Below, piece after piece: positions 27,700 to 42,149 of a stretch of DNA of 64,000 nt. A program made the translations under genes and the position numbers. Position 1 is the stretch's first letter, and every line of letters begins with the position of its first letter. This DNA comes from the human T2T-CHM13v2.0 reference genome, Homo sapiens. The notes beneath the pieces were generated by a model, which saw only the letters and a program-made list of their open reading frames with translations, was not told where the DNA came from and did not search any database. The stretch lies in the NCBI RefSeq assembly GCF_009914755.1, contig NC_060930.1; one strand, 5' to 3'.

Positions 27700-27890
27700 A
27701 TGACATAATAGCGAATATCTATTGCAGGCAGTGCTCTTAGCATTTTTTTTTAACTTACTTAAACTTCACACAAGCTTGTACAGTACTACTGTTATCCTAA
27801 TTTTACAGATGGGGAAACTGAGACACAAGGAAGTAATAAGTGGTAGAGCCATGATTTTAACCCAGGGATTAGGATTCTAGAACCTTCAGC
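27700..27890 (-). mobile_element. MIR
   Basis: ttttacagatggggaaactgagacac. Confidence 0.75.
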
Positions 27891-28042
27891 TATTCTCATC
27901 CTTCCTTTTTGTAAACAATCTCAAACTTATAGAAAAGTTACAAGTACAAAGAATTCTTCTTTTCCTGAGGCATTTAAGAGTCAGTTCCTATCTTGGTACC
28001 TCATAACCATGGGATACTTTAGGGTATATAAATTACAAATAA

Positions 28043-28742
<700 letters not shown>

Positions 28743-29421
28743 TCAGATCCAATTCAAGTTTCACCAATTATTCCAATAATGTCCTTTATAACAAAAGGAT
28801 CCAGTTCAGAATCATACATTGCATTTAGTTGCCATGCCTCTTCAGCTTCCTTTAATCTGGAACCGTTTCTTAACTATTCCCTGACTTTCATGGCCTTTAC
28901 AATTTCGAAAATTACAGGCCAGTTATTTTGTAGAAGTTCTCTCAGTGTGGATTTTGATGTTTCTCTGTGATTAGATTGAGGTTTTACATCTCAGGCGGGA
29001 AGATCATAGATAGAAACAATGTTGTATTCTTCCCACCTCAATTTCAGTTTGTTCCATGACAGCAGATTTCCACTTTGGCCGTCTGAGTAAGGTGATGTCT
29101 ACCAGCCTTCTCCACAGCAAAGTTACACTTTCCCCCTTTATAATTAGTAATGTTTTGTGAAGAGGTACTTTGAAACTATATAAATATCTCATTCATCACA
29201 CACCAGAGCAGGAAAAACGTTGGTGGGTACTTACAATGAGTTGCCTCTCTTGATCCAATATGGCATCATTAGCTCAATAAAAACAAAACAAATCAAAAAA
29301 TAAATTGAGAAGATAAAAATGTATTTCTGTAGAGACAATGTAAATTTTCTTAAATGAATAAATATAAAGAGAACTTATGAAGTTTAGCTGATAAGCAAAT
29401 GATTCAACAGTGAAAGTTTCA

Positions 29422-29740
<319 letters not shown>

Positions 29741-31580
29741 TCAGACAGTCATTATCTTTTCCCTGGGGGAAAAAAAAACAAAACAGTTCCACATTTAGTG
29801 AAATAATAAAGGCCACAAATACAGATTTTGCTTTAAATGGTGGCTTTTAAAAAGATGATGCAAAATAAATAAGGTCTTGGATTAAGCAAAGGGGGAGAAA
29901 CTAGGAATTATACACAAATTAATTTAAATAAAGTCAAAAATTGTTTCCACCACATTAAAAGTAAAAAAAAAAATTGATAAAAGTAATGGGAAAAAAGTAA
30001 TTACTCTCTTCACATTGCCAATATAGTTCCAAACATTATGAAGTTGAGGACAATGATAAAAGATGAAACCTTTGTCTCTGAGCACATCTGTCCAAAAGGT
30101 AATGAATTTCAGATATGAATAACAGATATTTGTATGCCCAAATGTAGAAAATGACTTCTCTTGGTATAAAGTTCTAAGATGGTTTTGTTAACAAATACAG
30201 CTGTATTGTTTGTATCATCTTGATATCAAAAGTTCTGCTCTTCCCCAAGAGTAGCCAGACCAATACTAAATTTAAGGATCAGGTGAATATTTAATATTTC
30301 AGGATTATTTTGTTTTTATTATTTGTGTATGGGTAGAAACTAGCAAATTATCAACAGATTATTTAAGCCTATCAAGATGCTTGACTATTTAGAATATGGT
30401 CCTCATCTTCAAATATTCTTTACTTAAATCAATGCCTTGTGAATGGTTCTAACTTGCATATTACTCAAGAGCTGAAAAGTTCTCTATAATATATAAGCAC
30501 AATCGCCACTATATACACTGGTTTCCACTCAGTCTGGTTTCAAATACTGTGATATAAATACTGTGCAAGCTACTGCCTACATAAAAAATAGTTAAAATTT
30601 CAGTGTAATTATTTTACACAATTATTTAAGTAGATCTGAAAGGTCTAATATTCTCATATTTCCAAAAAAGCTATTATTCTCTATATCTGCATTCTTCCAA
30701 AATGTTCTTTTAACTAATCATATAGTGAGATCCAGTAATTTCCTACCAAATAGCATTAACACAGCCACATATTGATATACGTTTCTGAAACAATCTATCA
30801 GATGATGGAAAAATATTCTCATATTTTTGTGAAATTTTAGGAAAATGAGCTAATAAGACTTTTTGATAAAGAAACTTCATGAACAGAAACTTAACTTTAT
30901 TGATTCAGAGACCTGAATTTTACAATATCACAGTTTTAAAATGTTGCTAAGAAATGTATTTAGTATTGAAGTAAACCATCATAAGAAAATTTCCCAAGAA
31001 TACGTCATGTTTTTCAAAAAGAACAGAAGATTAACCATAACTGTTAAGTTAGTATTGCTATTATGAGTTTATCTTTAAAATATTCTTTAACTTTATAAGG
31101 ATGGACCATGACTGACTATCTGCTAATGTTTCAATATAACAGAAAAAGGTTCACACAAACTTAACTATGCTAAATATTCCTACACAAGTCAGCAATAGGA
31201 AAAACAGAATAAGCTGAGTTTGGCATTTATGGATGAATACATGCAAAGAATATGGACTTCCTCCCATTTTTTATATACTAAACTCAGTAGAAGATTCTAA
31301 AATTCTATTAAAAATTCTCTTTTATGAATATGTAATTTTAGTACAACTTAATTACCCCATTTGTTTCATTATGCTGCAAAATAGTTTTCAAACTCCTGGA
31401 TATAAGAGGGCTTTCACAATACATAGGTTCACCTTTTGATATACCAGTAACTGAACAAAGCTGGAGAGGGTAGTTGGTATTCAAAAACATGGTGGTAGGG
31501 GAGACAGCATGTGAACAGCAAGAGGTGATGTACAAACTATTTCTACCAGAAAAAAAATTAAACTGGCTGGTTCATATAGA

Positions 31581-31795
31581 GAAGTGGTTCTTAACTCGGG
31601 TGATTTTACCTTTCTCCTTTCCCACGAGGGGACTTTGGCAATGTCAAAAGAGATATTTTTGGTTGCCACACCTTGGGGGTGGAGGGGTACTAGTGCCATC
31701 TAGAAGGCAGAGGCCAGGGTTGCTTTTGAACATCTTATAACATACCTGATAGGCCTCCCCCTCCCTCACAAAGTGCCAAGGTTGAGAAACTCTGA
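31581..31795 (+). mobile_element. MER20 (hAT-Charlie)
   Basis: agtggttcttaac...ttggcaatgtc...gcagaggccaggg...gtgccaaggttgagaaactctg. Confidence 0.85.
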
Positions 31796-32535
31796 TTTAG
31801 AGAATCCATGTGTACTTATGAGACTTGCCCCATAGGATTATAATAAAGCCTAAATATAAACATTTAGCTTATAAAACGCTAACTATACTCCTTGTCACAA
31901 ACTATGTGCTCAATATGCACTAGTTATTACTATTATCAGAATTACTATTGTTATCCATATAGTCAATGCTTTTTGGCTTCAGTGAAAGCTGGAACAGATG
32001 CAATCCTATGTCATCTGCCCCACTGTAAATACATCAAGAATAACTTTTAAGACACTGAAAAAAAAAGATTTTTTAAAAGACTATGGCAAAAAGCTTTTTG
32101 AATGTCTATACAGACACCAGGTTTGTATAAACAACACATGTGGATGTACACAATCATTTTAGATTAGGAAAAATTTATTCTAGATTAATAAGAATAACAA
32201 TAAAGCATATATTTTACTTCTTTCTTCCCTAGGCAACACTCCCAGGAATAGCAACTGATTTTATTTACAGTTATTACAACAAAGTATTTTTTAATAGCCA
32301 TGCTTTAAAAAGTCATAACCATTCTATTTAAAGCTTAAAGCCAATTACTCTCCTTCTGTAATTTTTCTCATATTAGCTAATATGACAGCAATAACTAAGC
32401 ATGGTAAGCCATTGGAACTACATTACAACTGCCTTTGCTCCCCAGATCTCATGTAATTATATGTTACCTCTTCAGCCTTCTTTTGCTTGTTACATCAATA
32501 AAAAGTTTTTCTGAAGAAGCAAAGTCTTTACTTAC

Positions 32536-32645
32536 AAAAAGATAGGTGGCACCCCTCAATATGATAGCATTAACACTTTCTTCCCAGTTCTCGAAAGTGC
32601 CAAAGATTCTCAAATTAAGAACTTCTCAATTAAATTCATGAAATC
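32536..32645 (-). other. Candidate exon of minus-strand host transcript (110 nt, non-coding)
   Basis: Acceptor gctgatattttgcctcag| and donor TTT|gtaagt in repeat-free sequence. Confidence 0.4.
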
Positions 32646-32814
32646 CTGAGGCAAAATATCAGCTTAGATATAAATGAATTTTAACAGAGTAATGCCTTTT
32701 AGAAAATCACTGGAAAATTTAAAATGTATTTTTCTATTCTTTTTCTCAGGGAAAAGCTTATGATTTTAAAAGGTTGGAGAATTTAAGCAAACACTCAGTA
32801 GTTTTGGAAATGTA

Positions 32815-32828
32815 GTTTCCATGGCAAC
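32815..32828. promoter_or_regulatory. RFX X-box motif GTTTCCATGGCAAC
   Basis: 14-bp match to the palindromic RFX consensus GTTNCCATGGNAAC. Confidence 0.55.
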
Positions 32829-33816
32829 CAACATGGTCTTCTTTATATAGCATTATAAACAGATGGTAAAGAGTGGTCATGTTTGTTTCTCTGCCAGTAT
32901 ATCAATAAAACTACTATCGTACTGTATTGAATACACTTGAACTATTTAATGAATTTAATATACTAACCACAAGATGTACTAATTTAGACTGATGTAATGA
33001 ATTTTTTTTTTCTTTTAAATAAACACATGAAGATCTTGAACAGTGAAGTCACTATACTCCATATACTCAATAGTCTACCTTGGCAAGACTTTGTACAAAT
33101 GTTTTCTCAGCACTTGCCATGCAGGGCATATAACCACAAATATTAATCTGACAAGGAGAACATAATAGATTGAAATAATAAAAGTGAAACCATGTCTGTA
33201 ATTATATTCCTTTGCCATCTTTTCTTAAAGAACAAATGAGAAATTATGAAACAGGAAGAGTTTCTTTACAATAAATGATAGGATATAAAGCAAAGGGCAA
33301 AATTGTTGTTTAAAAATCAGACTCCATTCCATGTACACAGCGGCAGCTTTCAGAAATACAGGTACTCTGAATTCCACTGTTTTAACTGTGGTAACTTGCT
33401 GGGTACTATTTGCTTAAAAACTAAAAGAAGCCAAGAAACTATAAATGTGATTAGTCTGGCAGTGAAGTCTGAAGAGCCAATTCCTGCATGTATTATCAGC
33501 ACATGTGAAGCAGCGACCCTGTATCTGGAAGAAAGTCAGTCAGTCAGAAGGGGCTGTACAGTAGGCTGGGGCTCCCCAGGGAAAACTGGCAGTCTTTTTC
33601 ACAGGCTCGTCTTAGAGACCTTGATCTATTTTCCAAGCTAGCTTGAGGATCCTTACCTTAAAAAAAGCTGGGTCAATATTTATGATTTTAAATTATATAA
33701 ATAGCCATTTTTATTATACCTGCAAAATAATATTTGGTAAATGGTATCTGTCCTACATTCTCCCTTTTATAAAGTCCTGTTTTCATGCACCCATCCCTAA
33801 ATTTGCTAATTTTTAG

Positions 33817-34110
<294 letters not shown>

Positions 34111-34639
34111 CTTTCTATGCTTCTTACATCAAAGTAAGTTAATTAGAAGTGAGATACTTCATTGTGTGTAACAATCCATGATGGAAATACAGAAAATGGG
34201 TATGCATATTTTTAAAAGGTGTGAATTTGGGTGATGTACAGTATATATGGTTTAATTGAAAAACAAAAATTTTCAATTGAAACATTTTAAAACTGGCAAA
34301 GACTGTACTAGATTTATATTTGACTCAAAAATGGGAAAATGTCTGCTACATTATGTATCTTAGATAAACTACTGTCAATTCTGGCCTACCAGAAATTGCT
34401 ACCATAATACAATTTTTGAAAATTATTTAAACCTAGAAAATAGTCTTTCTCATAGAGGTGAGAGTCTCCAATCAAGCTCACCACCCCAAAAAAGAATACC
34501 TGAGTGATTCCACAACCAGAAGCCCTTTTCAGAGGGTTTTCAGTTTGTCTTCTTCTATAGTACTTGCAGCGTGGAAAACCATCTAGAAACTGATAGCTCT
34601 TAGTTTAACTTAACTTTTTTCAGAGGTACCTGTGTAAGA

Positions 34640-34800
34640 GAGATTCTCAGTCCTGGCTGCAAAACAGAATTACTTGAAGAGCTTTAAATATAACAATAGT
34701 CATATCCCAGCATATGCCAATTTAGGCAGGATTTCTGGGAGCGGGGCCACAACACCCTTCACGTGTGATTCTAATGTGCAGCCAGGGTTTAAAGAAAACA
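34640..34800. mobile_element. MER5-type hAT relic
   Basis: ttctcagtcctggctgca...agaattacttg...gtgattctaatgtgcagccagggttt. Confidence 0.7.
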
Positions 34801-36885
34801 CCAGAGAGACTGTGACTTGTTTCTCTTTATCCCTGATGAGGAAGAGATCTCAAGTCACCACTTTGATGTCTACAGGACACACAATTCAGTGTTAGATTTC
34901 CTCTTCATTATAGAGAGGCACAAGGCTGAAGAAAAAGGCACTATTATACTCCATTATTTGGTATAGTAAATTTTATTGGAAAGGAGTTCAACAAAATACC
35001 AGACTGAGGTATGAAAAAACTTTCCCCATGAACTATTCCAAATAATATTTAGCTTTTGGCCAGATTACCATTATTAGAAAGACTTGTGAACAGTGAATTT
35101 ACTTTCACTCCTTTTGGGAAGCCCTCAGTGTTTGAGCTGGTTATGATGTATTCTCCACATTGAACAAAATAAATGCTTTCTGGGTTTCCAGTGTACTTAG
35201 ACATTCTGAAGAACGGACTGAAATAATTAGCATTGTAATTCTCACATTATTTCATGGACATCATACTCTCTTTTACAAAAATGACCTTAAAACCTATCAC
35301 CAACAGTAATGAAAATTCAGGTGTTTGGAGAAGGAGAAGCTCCAGAGGTAAGGAAAACACCTTCCACCTTTTTTCTGTAGCACACATCCAAAAATGTTAA
35401 AAACCTGTTAATATACTGTCTCCTAAAAAGAATAAAAATGAATGTCATAGATCATAAATGTTATTTCAAGCCACAAACATTTCTTATTTGACTACATGTC
35501 TATCTGGTAGATTGTGGTAATAGTTCTTTATCTATATGGTTTTCTCCTTTCAAATTATTTGCAAGATCAATGACTTATTTGCTTGATATGAAATAGTAAA
35601 GAGAAATAAAATAATAAACTCTCCAAACTGTCAGTGATATAAAACATTAAGAGGGTAGAGTTAAATAATCTCAGAAAATAAACCATGACAATACCAGAGT
35701 CTTAAAATTGGTTTCCACATTTTTGGTTTGTTTTCTTACATTTCTACAGGCTACTAAAATTTCCGCAAGTCATTTATTCTTTCCTTGAGAGACTTTATTT
35801 GGCTATTTGTGTGTCTGGTGCTATTAACTCATCATAATTTTACATCAATCCTCATAACATGATTGAGGTTTAATTCTAAAAAAATTCAGAACACACAAAA
35901 CAGGAAAAAATATCACTCTAATGCATTTTGGAACAAACAGCCTATTAAAGAGAATAAGTGTGTCTGGCAGAATTCTAGAGATGACAGAAAACGAGGAAAC
36001 AACATTTCTTAATGTTATTTAAATATGCGCACAGGAGACAGGGAGATGTGCTAGGACACAGCATCACAGGAACTCTAGTCTTCCTGCACATAAAATAGGG
36101 CTTCATTAACAATAAAGGAACAGGTGTCTTGGGACCCATTTATACAGGCTATTAACTATTATGAGCTGCTGGTATCCAAATTTATTTTAGTACTAGGCAA
36201 CTGATTAAAAATAAATACAAATTTAAATTCCATCTATTAGCATGAGAAAGCAATGCCTAGATTTCCAGAGTCTAATTTAATATAAAGGTATTTTTCTATG
36301 GTCCTAATCACAGGAGGATACTTAAGTTCATATACAGTATTTTCTAAATCTCAAAATAAAAGCTTTCCTATTAAACTTTATTTGAATGTAAAAAAAAATT
36401 GATGAATGACCTTTTATCTTGACCTGACAATACCAAACAAGCTTTATTTACTAAGAACTAAATTTTTATTCAAATGTAAACAAATAATGACACAAACATG
36501 CATCCATTTTTTAAAAAGTAGGGGAGGAAATCAAACATACCAACCTCCAGCTCTAAATTCAGTGCATTCCACCACATTTTATACTACTTATTTTGAAAAA
36601 CTGAGTGGCAACCGTTATTCTCTGGCAATTTTTTACTGTTTCATCTATAAACAATGATAAAGAATTTAAAATTTTGAACTATTTGAGGAATCTTTACATT
36701 TTATTAAAAGATATTTAAAATGCTAGAGTTGGAACTGCAGTAGTGATAATCTTGTCCATCACACTTTTTTACAGAACAAGAAAATAAGGCACAATGAGGC
36801 TAAGTAATTTAGCCAAGGTAAACATAGCAATATTTTAACCACATAAATTGTCAAAATACTATTACACTATAAAATCAGTATAATA

Positions 36886-37236
36886 CTGGTTGAGCATCCC
36901 TAATCTGAAAATTCAAAATCCAAAATGTTTCGCAATCCAAAAATTTTTGAGTGCTAAAATAATGCCATAAGTGGAATATTCTATACCTGACCTCATGTGA
37001 CAGGTTGCAGTCAAAATGCAGTAAAAAATTTGTTTCATGCATAAAATTATTAAAAATACTATGTGAAATTACCTTCGGACTAGGTGTATAAGGAAACAAA
37101 TGAATTTCATGTTTAGACTTGGGTCACATTCCCAAGATATCTCATTATATATATGCAAATATTGCAAAACTCAAAAAAATCCAAAATCCAAAACATGTCC
37201 GGTGCCAAGCATTTTGGATAAGGGATACTCAACCTG
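36886..37236. mobile_element. Tigger4/MER46-type MITE (351 bp)
   Basis: TIRs ctggttgagcatccctaatc / ggataagggatactcaacctg, flanked by TA on both sides. Confidence 0.9.
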
Positions 37237-37593
37237 TAGTACGTATCTTCCAAGTATGTTCTGAAAATTAAACAGGGTAACCTATTTTTGATGTTATTTC
37301 AAACTGCTATATTCATCTATGTCTAGTTAAAAACAATTTTTGGTTTATTCACTTACATAATGTTCTTATAGTGATATTTTTTCCACTTATTCCAGAAGTG
37401 TTAGGTGATTATTCTACACTTCTTGTGCCACATTCTATGGAGAATAAAGATGGTACAACATTTGATCTATATCCATAAGTAGCCAGTAAAAGCCATTGCA
37501 GAAATGATGAAAAATTTGAGACTGAGGAGAAAGCCATGGATAGAATCATAATTCTTAAAAATATGGCAACATTTTAAATGAAAATAATAAGGC

Positions 37594-37805
37594 CAGGGTT
37601 TCTCAATCTTGGCACTAATGGCATTTTGAACTGGAACTTTGTTGGGAGGGGCTGCGCATTACAGGCATTATATTTAGTAGCATCCCTAACCTTTACCCAC
37701 TAGATGCCAATAGCACCCCCAGTTGTAATAGCCAAAAATGTCTCTAGATATTGGCAAATGTCCCCAGGAGGGCAAAACTGCCTTTGGTTGAAAAAAATCA
37801 CAGGA
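37594..37805 (-). mobile_element. MER20
   Basis: cagggtttctcaatcttggcact...tagatgcc...aaaatgtctctagatattggcaaatgtcccc. Confidence 0.85.
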
Positions 37806-37898
37806 TAAGGCATACTACTATCTTTTGATTTTCAAACTGTGATACATGCTTAATATCATCTAGAGGCAAAGCAAATCAGGAGCTTTAGCATTCTCGCT

Positions 37899-38203
<305 letters not shown>

Positions 38204-38222
38204 AGTATTCTCTTAAAGATTA

Positions 38223-38530
<308 letters not shown>

Positions 38531-41500
38531 AGGGAGAGAGAGAGAGAGATAACTTCAGATATAAGGCATCAAGCATTAAAATACCTGAGTATAGAAATAA
38601 AATCACATATTCAATATCAAGGTATGGCTTTGGTTTTGATTTTGTGGTTTTCTGCCACTAACTTCTGAAAAGTCCAAAGAAATATGAAAAGTCCTGGAGG
38701 CGGGGGGCGGTCCTTGATCCTGAGGAGAGATGGGGATCTTTCATATTAAGGTTTCTCAAATTAGAAATTGCTCTCCCTCTTGCCCAAGAAACCCTTAGTA
38801 CATCCTTTCCTATTCTTTCAAAATATAACATGTCATTTTGTTGACACATAAATTGCAATCAAGTACAATTCCAGGCTGGTGTCCAGAAGCTAGCCATTCA
38901 GTCCATGTTTCACCCATCCAGTGACCTAGGAGCATTAAAACTATATGGTTTTGTTTTGTTCTTGGTATATAAATTTTGTGGGCAAAGAATTGTCATAAAA
39001 CCACCTCAAATTTCACACTTTCCAAAGATCTCAAGAATTGTGAAGGTTTATTATACTGGAGATTGCTAAAATGTTAGATCAAGGTGCAAATAATTGAGGT
39101 GGCAAGCAAATATTAGGTCTACAAAATATATGAAGAGGAAGAGCTGACCTCCTCTGTCTCATGCATCTTCCTGTGTATTCTCTCTTCTCTAGCCTTCACA
39201 CCTGCTGAAGTATAAACTGAACAACTGCTTGGTAATAGCAGTACCTCATTAAAAATGTGGTGCATAGAGTCTGTGGAAGTACTCTAGAAAAAGGCACTAA
39301 GAGAGAAAAGATGGAAAGGAATATTTGAGAATTAGTGACCAAATGTGAGTTGGCTTGGGATCAAATTTAAAAAGAAGTAGGCCCACCAGAGGCATAGTTT
39401 ATGAGATAGGCTTGCCATTAGAACCTTCTCTGCTTCTAGAAGCCTACAAGCTCTGCATTAAAAACCAACAAAAAACAGTCTGGATAACTGATGAATTTCG
39501 AAATCATAATCACTAAGAGGACAGTGTTGCTCATTTTGGTTTTGCCTTCACTTGAAAAGTTACCAAGTGGTCTCAATTTCTCATACTCAACAAACTTTTG
39601 TTTCTTCAACATTGTGAAAGAAGAGAGCGGTCTGTGTTTTCACAAAGGGATGCCTACAGGCTGAAAAGTTCTGTTATTACTGTTTTGTTTTGACTCTATG
39701 TATAGTGATATCTCCAACATTAGAAATTTGGACATAATTTGCTAAATCTGAATTTACATACTGGGCAGTATTTCCTTTAACAAAGTCTAATTGGAACAGC
39801 ATTTTATGGTACATGAAAATTTAATTGCAAATGTTAGAGATACAGAGAAGTCTGATTTATATAGAAGACAGCTTATTTTTAGTTGGAAAAAACTGCAATG
39901 CCAAACTATTTTGCATTTAATGCTATAATTTACATATATTATAATATTCATGATATATGATAAATACCCAAATCCTATTTGGAAAACCTTCATTGTGAAA
40001 AAAATTAGAATTTTAACAAAATGGTGTCTCATATTTTAAAGACTGTTCTCATTTTTAAAAAGTAAACATACCAATTTGATAAAAGATATTAAATCTATTA
40101 CTAATAAATTCAGGTTCTTGTGGTATTTCTTGAATTCTAAATATTGAAGGTAAACACCAGATATATGCCAATAAATTTCTAAATTTATAAAATCAGCACC
40201 CTGCATTTTAAGTACATACTTCAGACATTTCACACAGGTACAGGGTTAATTTAACAAAGGATTATTTCATTATAACAGGCAACGTGCTGCCACAAACTAC
40301 AGAGGAAGAGAGCTCTGAAATAATTGATGCTCTCTGACCCATTTCATTTTTCAATTTGTGTTTCAAGGAAAACTTCAGGGTTGACATTTTCTACTTGACC
40401 CTACAAATGTCTTTTCTCTCCACTTGGGCAAAAAAATCATCCATATTTTTACACAATTAAACTACGCCCCTACCACCCCTGCCCTAAAAGACTACCAATT
40501 AAGGCCATCATTACTCAACATAAAACATAGGATCACACATGTAACACTATCCAAATCACTGGTGCTTTAAAATGTACAGATAGAGACTTCCATTTATCAT
40601 GATGGAATGAGGTGGTTGACAAATCCTCCCTCAAAATGCAACTATAAAGCTGAACAAAATAGTCAAAAGCAGTAATTTGAGCACTCTGCAATCCAACCAC
40701 TTCATTAGAACTGCTGAACTTCAGAGAAGAACAATATGAGTTTAAGACATCCTTGCCAGCAGCTGCTCTCACCTCCATCCCCTTGCTTTATCAGCACAGT
40801 AGCTGAATCAGTGCAGGGTAGGCTGTGAAAACAAGCAGTTTTGTTTCAAAGCTTTGTCACCCCTGCCAGAGGAGGCTCACTTGATTTTGAAGACTGCACT
40901 TGATTTTGAGGACTGTTAGTTAAAAGTACTGATGGCCTGTGGCATCACAAGCCTGAATAAGCAAACCTGACGGGGGCAGGCAGCAGACAAACTAGCCAAA
41001 TATTTAACAGGGAATTCCAGCAACCACAGGGAGCTTGACCCCACATATTTACGGTTGACCAGGCTGTGTGCATTGCCACAGAGACCAGAGAGGGCCCATA
41101 TATCCCTGGCTGATGGAGCCTGCAGGCATGTGCAGGTGGGACATGAGAGGTCCCAAAAGGAAATAAAACCCAGAGCAGCCTGAAGTTTGAATGTGCTCCG
41201 AAGCTCACACACAGATCCATCAGGAGAGACTGGAAGTCTCACTGTCTTAAGGTGTTTCAGCGTAACTTCTGACCAGTCTTTGGTTGATCACTAAGCTATG
41301 CAGACACAAGGACAACAACTAGGAAGCCAGACTTACAAATAAAAGGAAGGGATAAAATAGTGAGAAGAGACGTCACAACTGCACATTGTGAAGGATACAG
41401 ACTTCAAAGGTTTAGTCCAGGCAAGTAATAAAACTAACAACAACCAAGGTCACCAACAGAAGGGAAAAGTGAGAAACTAGAGTTGCTACAATATATTGTC

Positions 41501-42149
41501 TAAAATATTCAGTATTCAACAGAAAGTTAGGAGTCATGCAAGAAACCAGAACATATGATCCATACAAAAGCAGTCATTAGAAACTATCTCTAAGTGTCTT
41601 TAAGATATTATAAGCAAAGGGTTCAAAACAGCTATTATAAATATGCTCAAAAAACTAAAAACCATATTTAAAGAATTAGTAAATGACTCAGTGAATACAG
41701 AGTCTCAGTAAAAAGATAGAAAATATTTTTAAAGAAATCAAATGGAAATTCTGGAGATGAAAAGTTTAATAACTGAAATGAAAATATCACCAGAGAGTGC
41801 AATAGAGGATGTGAAATAGCAGAAAAAGAAGCAATAACTTGGAGATAGATCAATAGTAATTATTTAACCTGAATAACATAGGGGAAAAAACTGAAGAAAA
41901 ATGAACAAAGCTTCAGAGAACTACCAGACAATATCAAGCATACTAATAAAGGTGTCATTAAGAGTATCAGAAGATGAGGAAAAGTGAGAAAGGGGCACAG
42001 AAAATACTTGAAAAAATAATGGGCAAAGACTTACCAAATTTGATGAAAACTGTTAATTTACAGAACAAAGCCATTCAACTAACTCAATACAGGACAAATA
42101 CAGAGATATACACATAGACACATCAGAGACAAACTGTTGAAGGATAAAT

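Noticed and set aside
33303-33641. 112-aa + strand ORF in unique sequence
   Set aside because: Non-ATG start, no recognisable domain, no matching splice context
34830-34870. CTGATGA hammerhead-like core
   Set aside because: No stem II/GAAA arrangement follows; I saw no hammerhead- or CPEB3/HDV-like ribozyme by eye elsewhere
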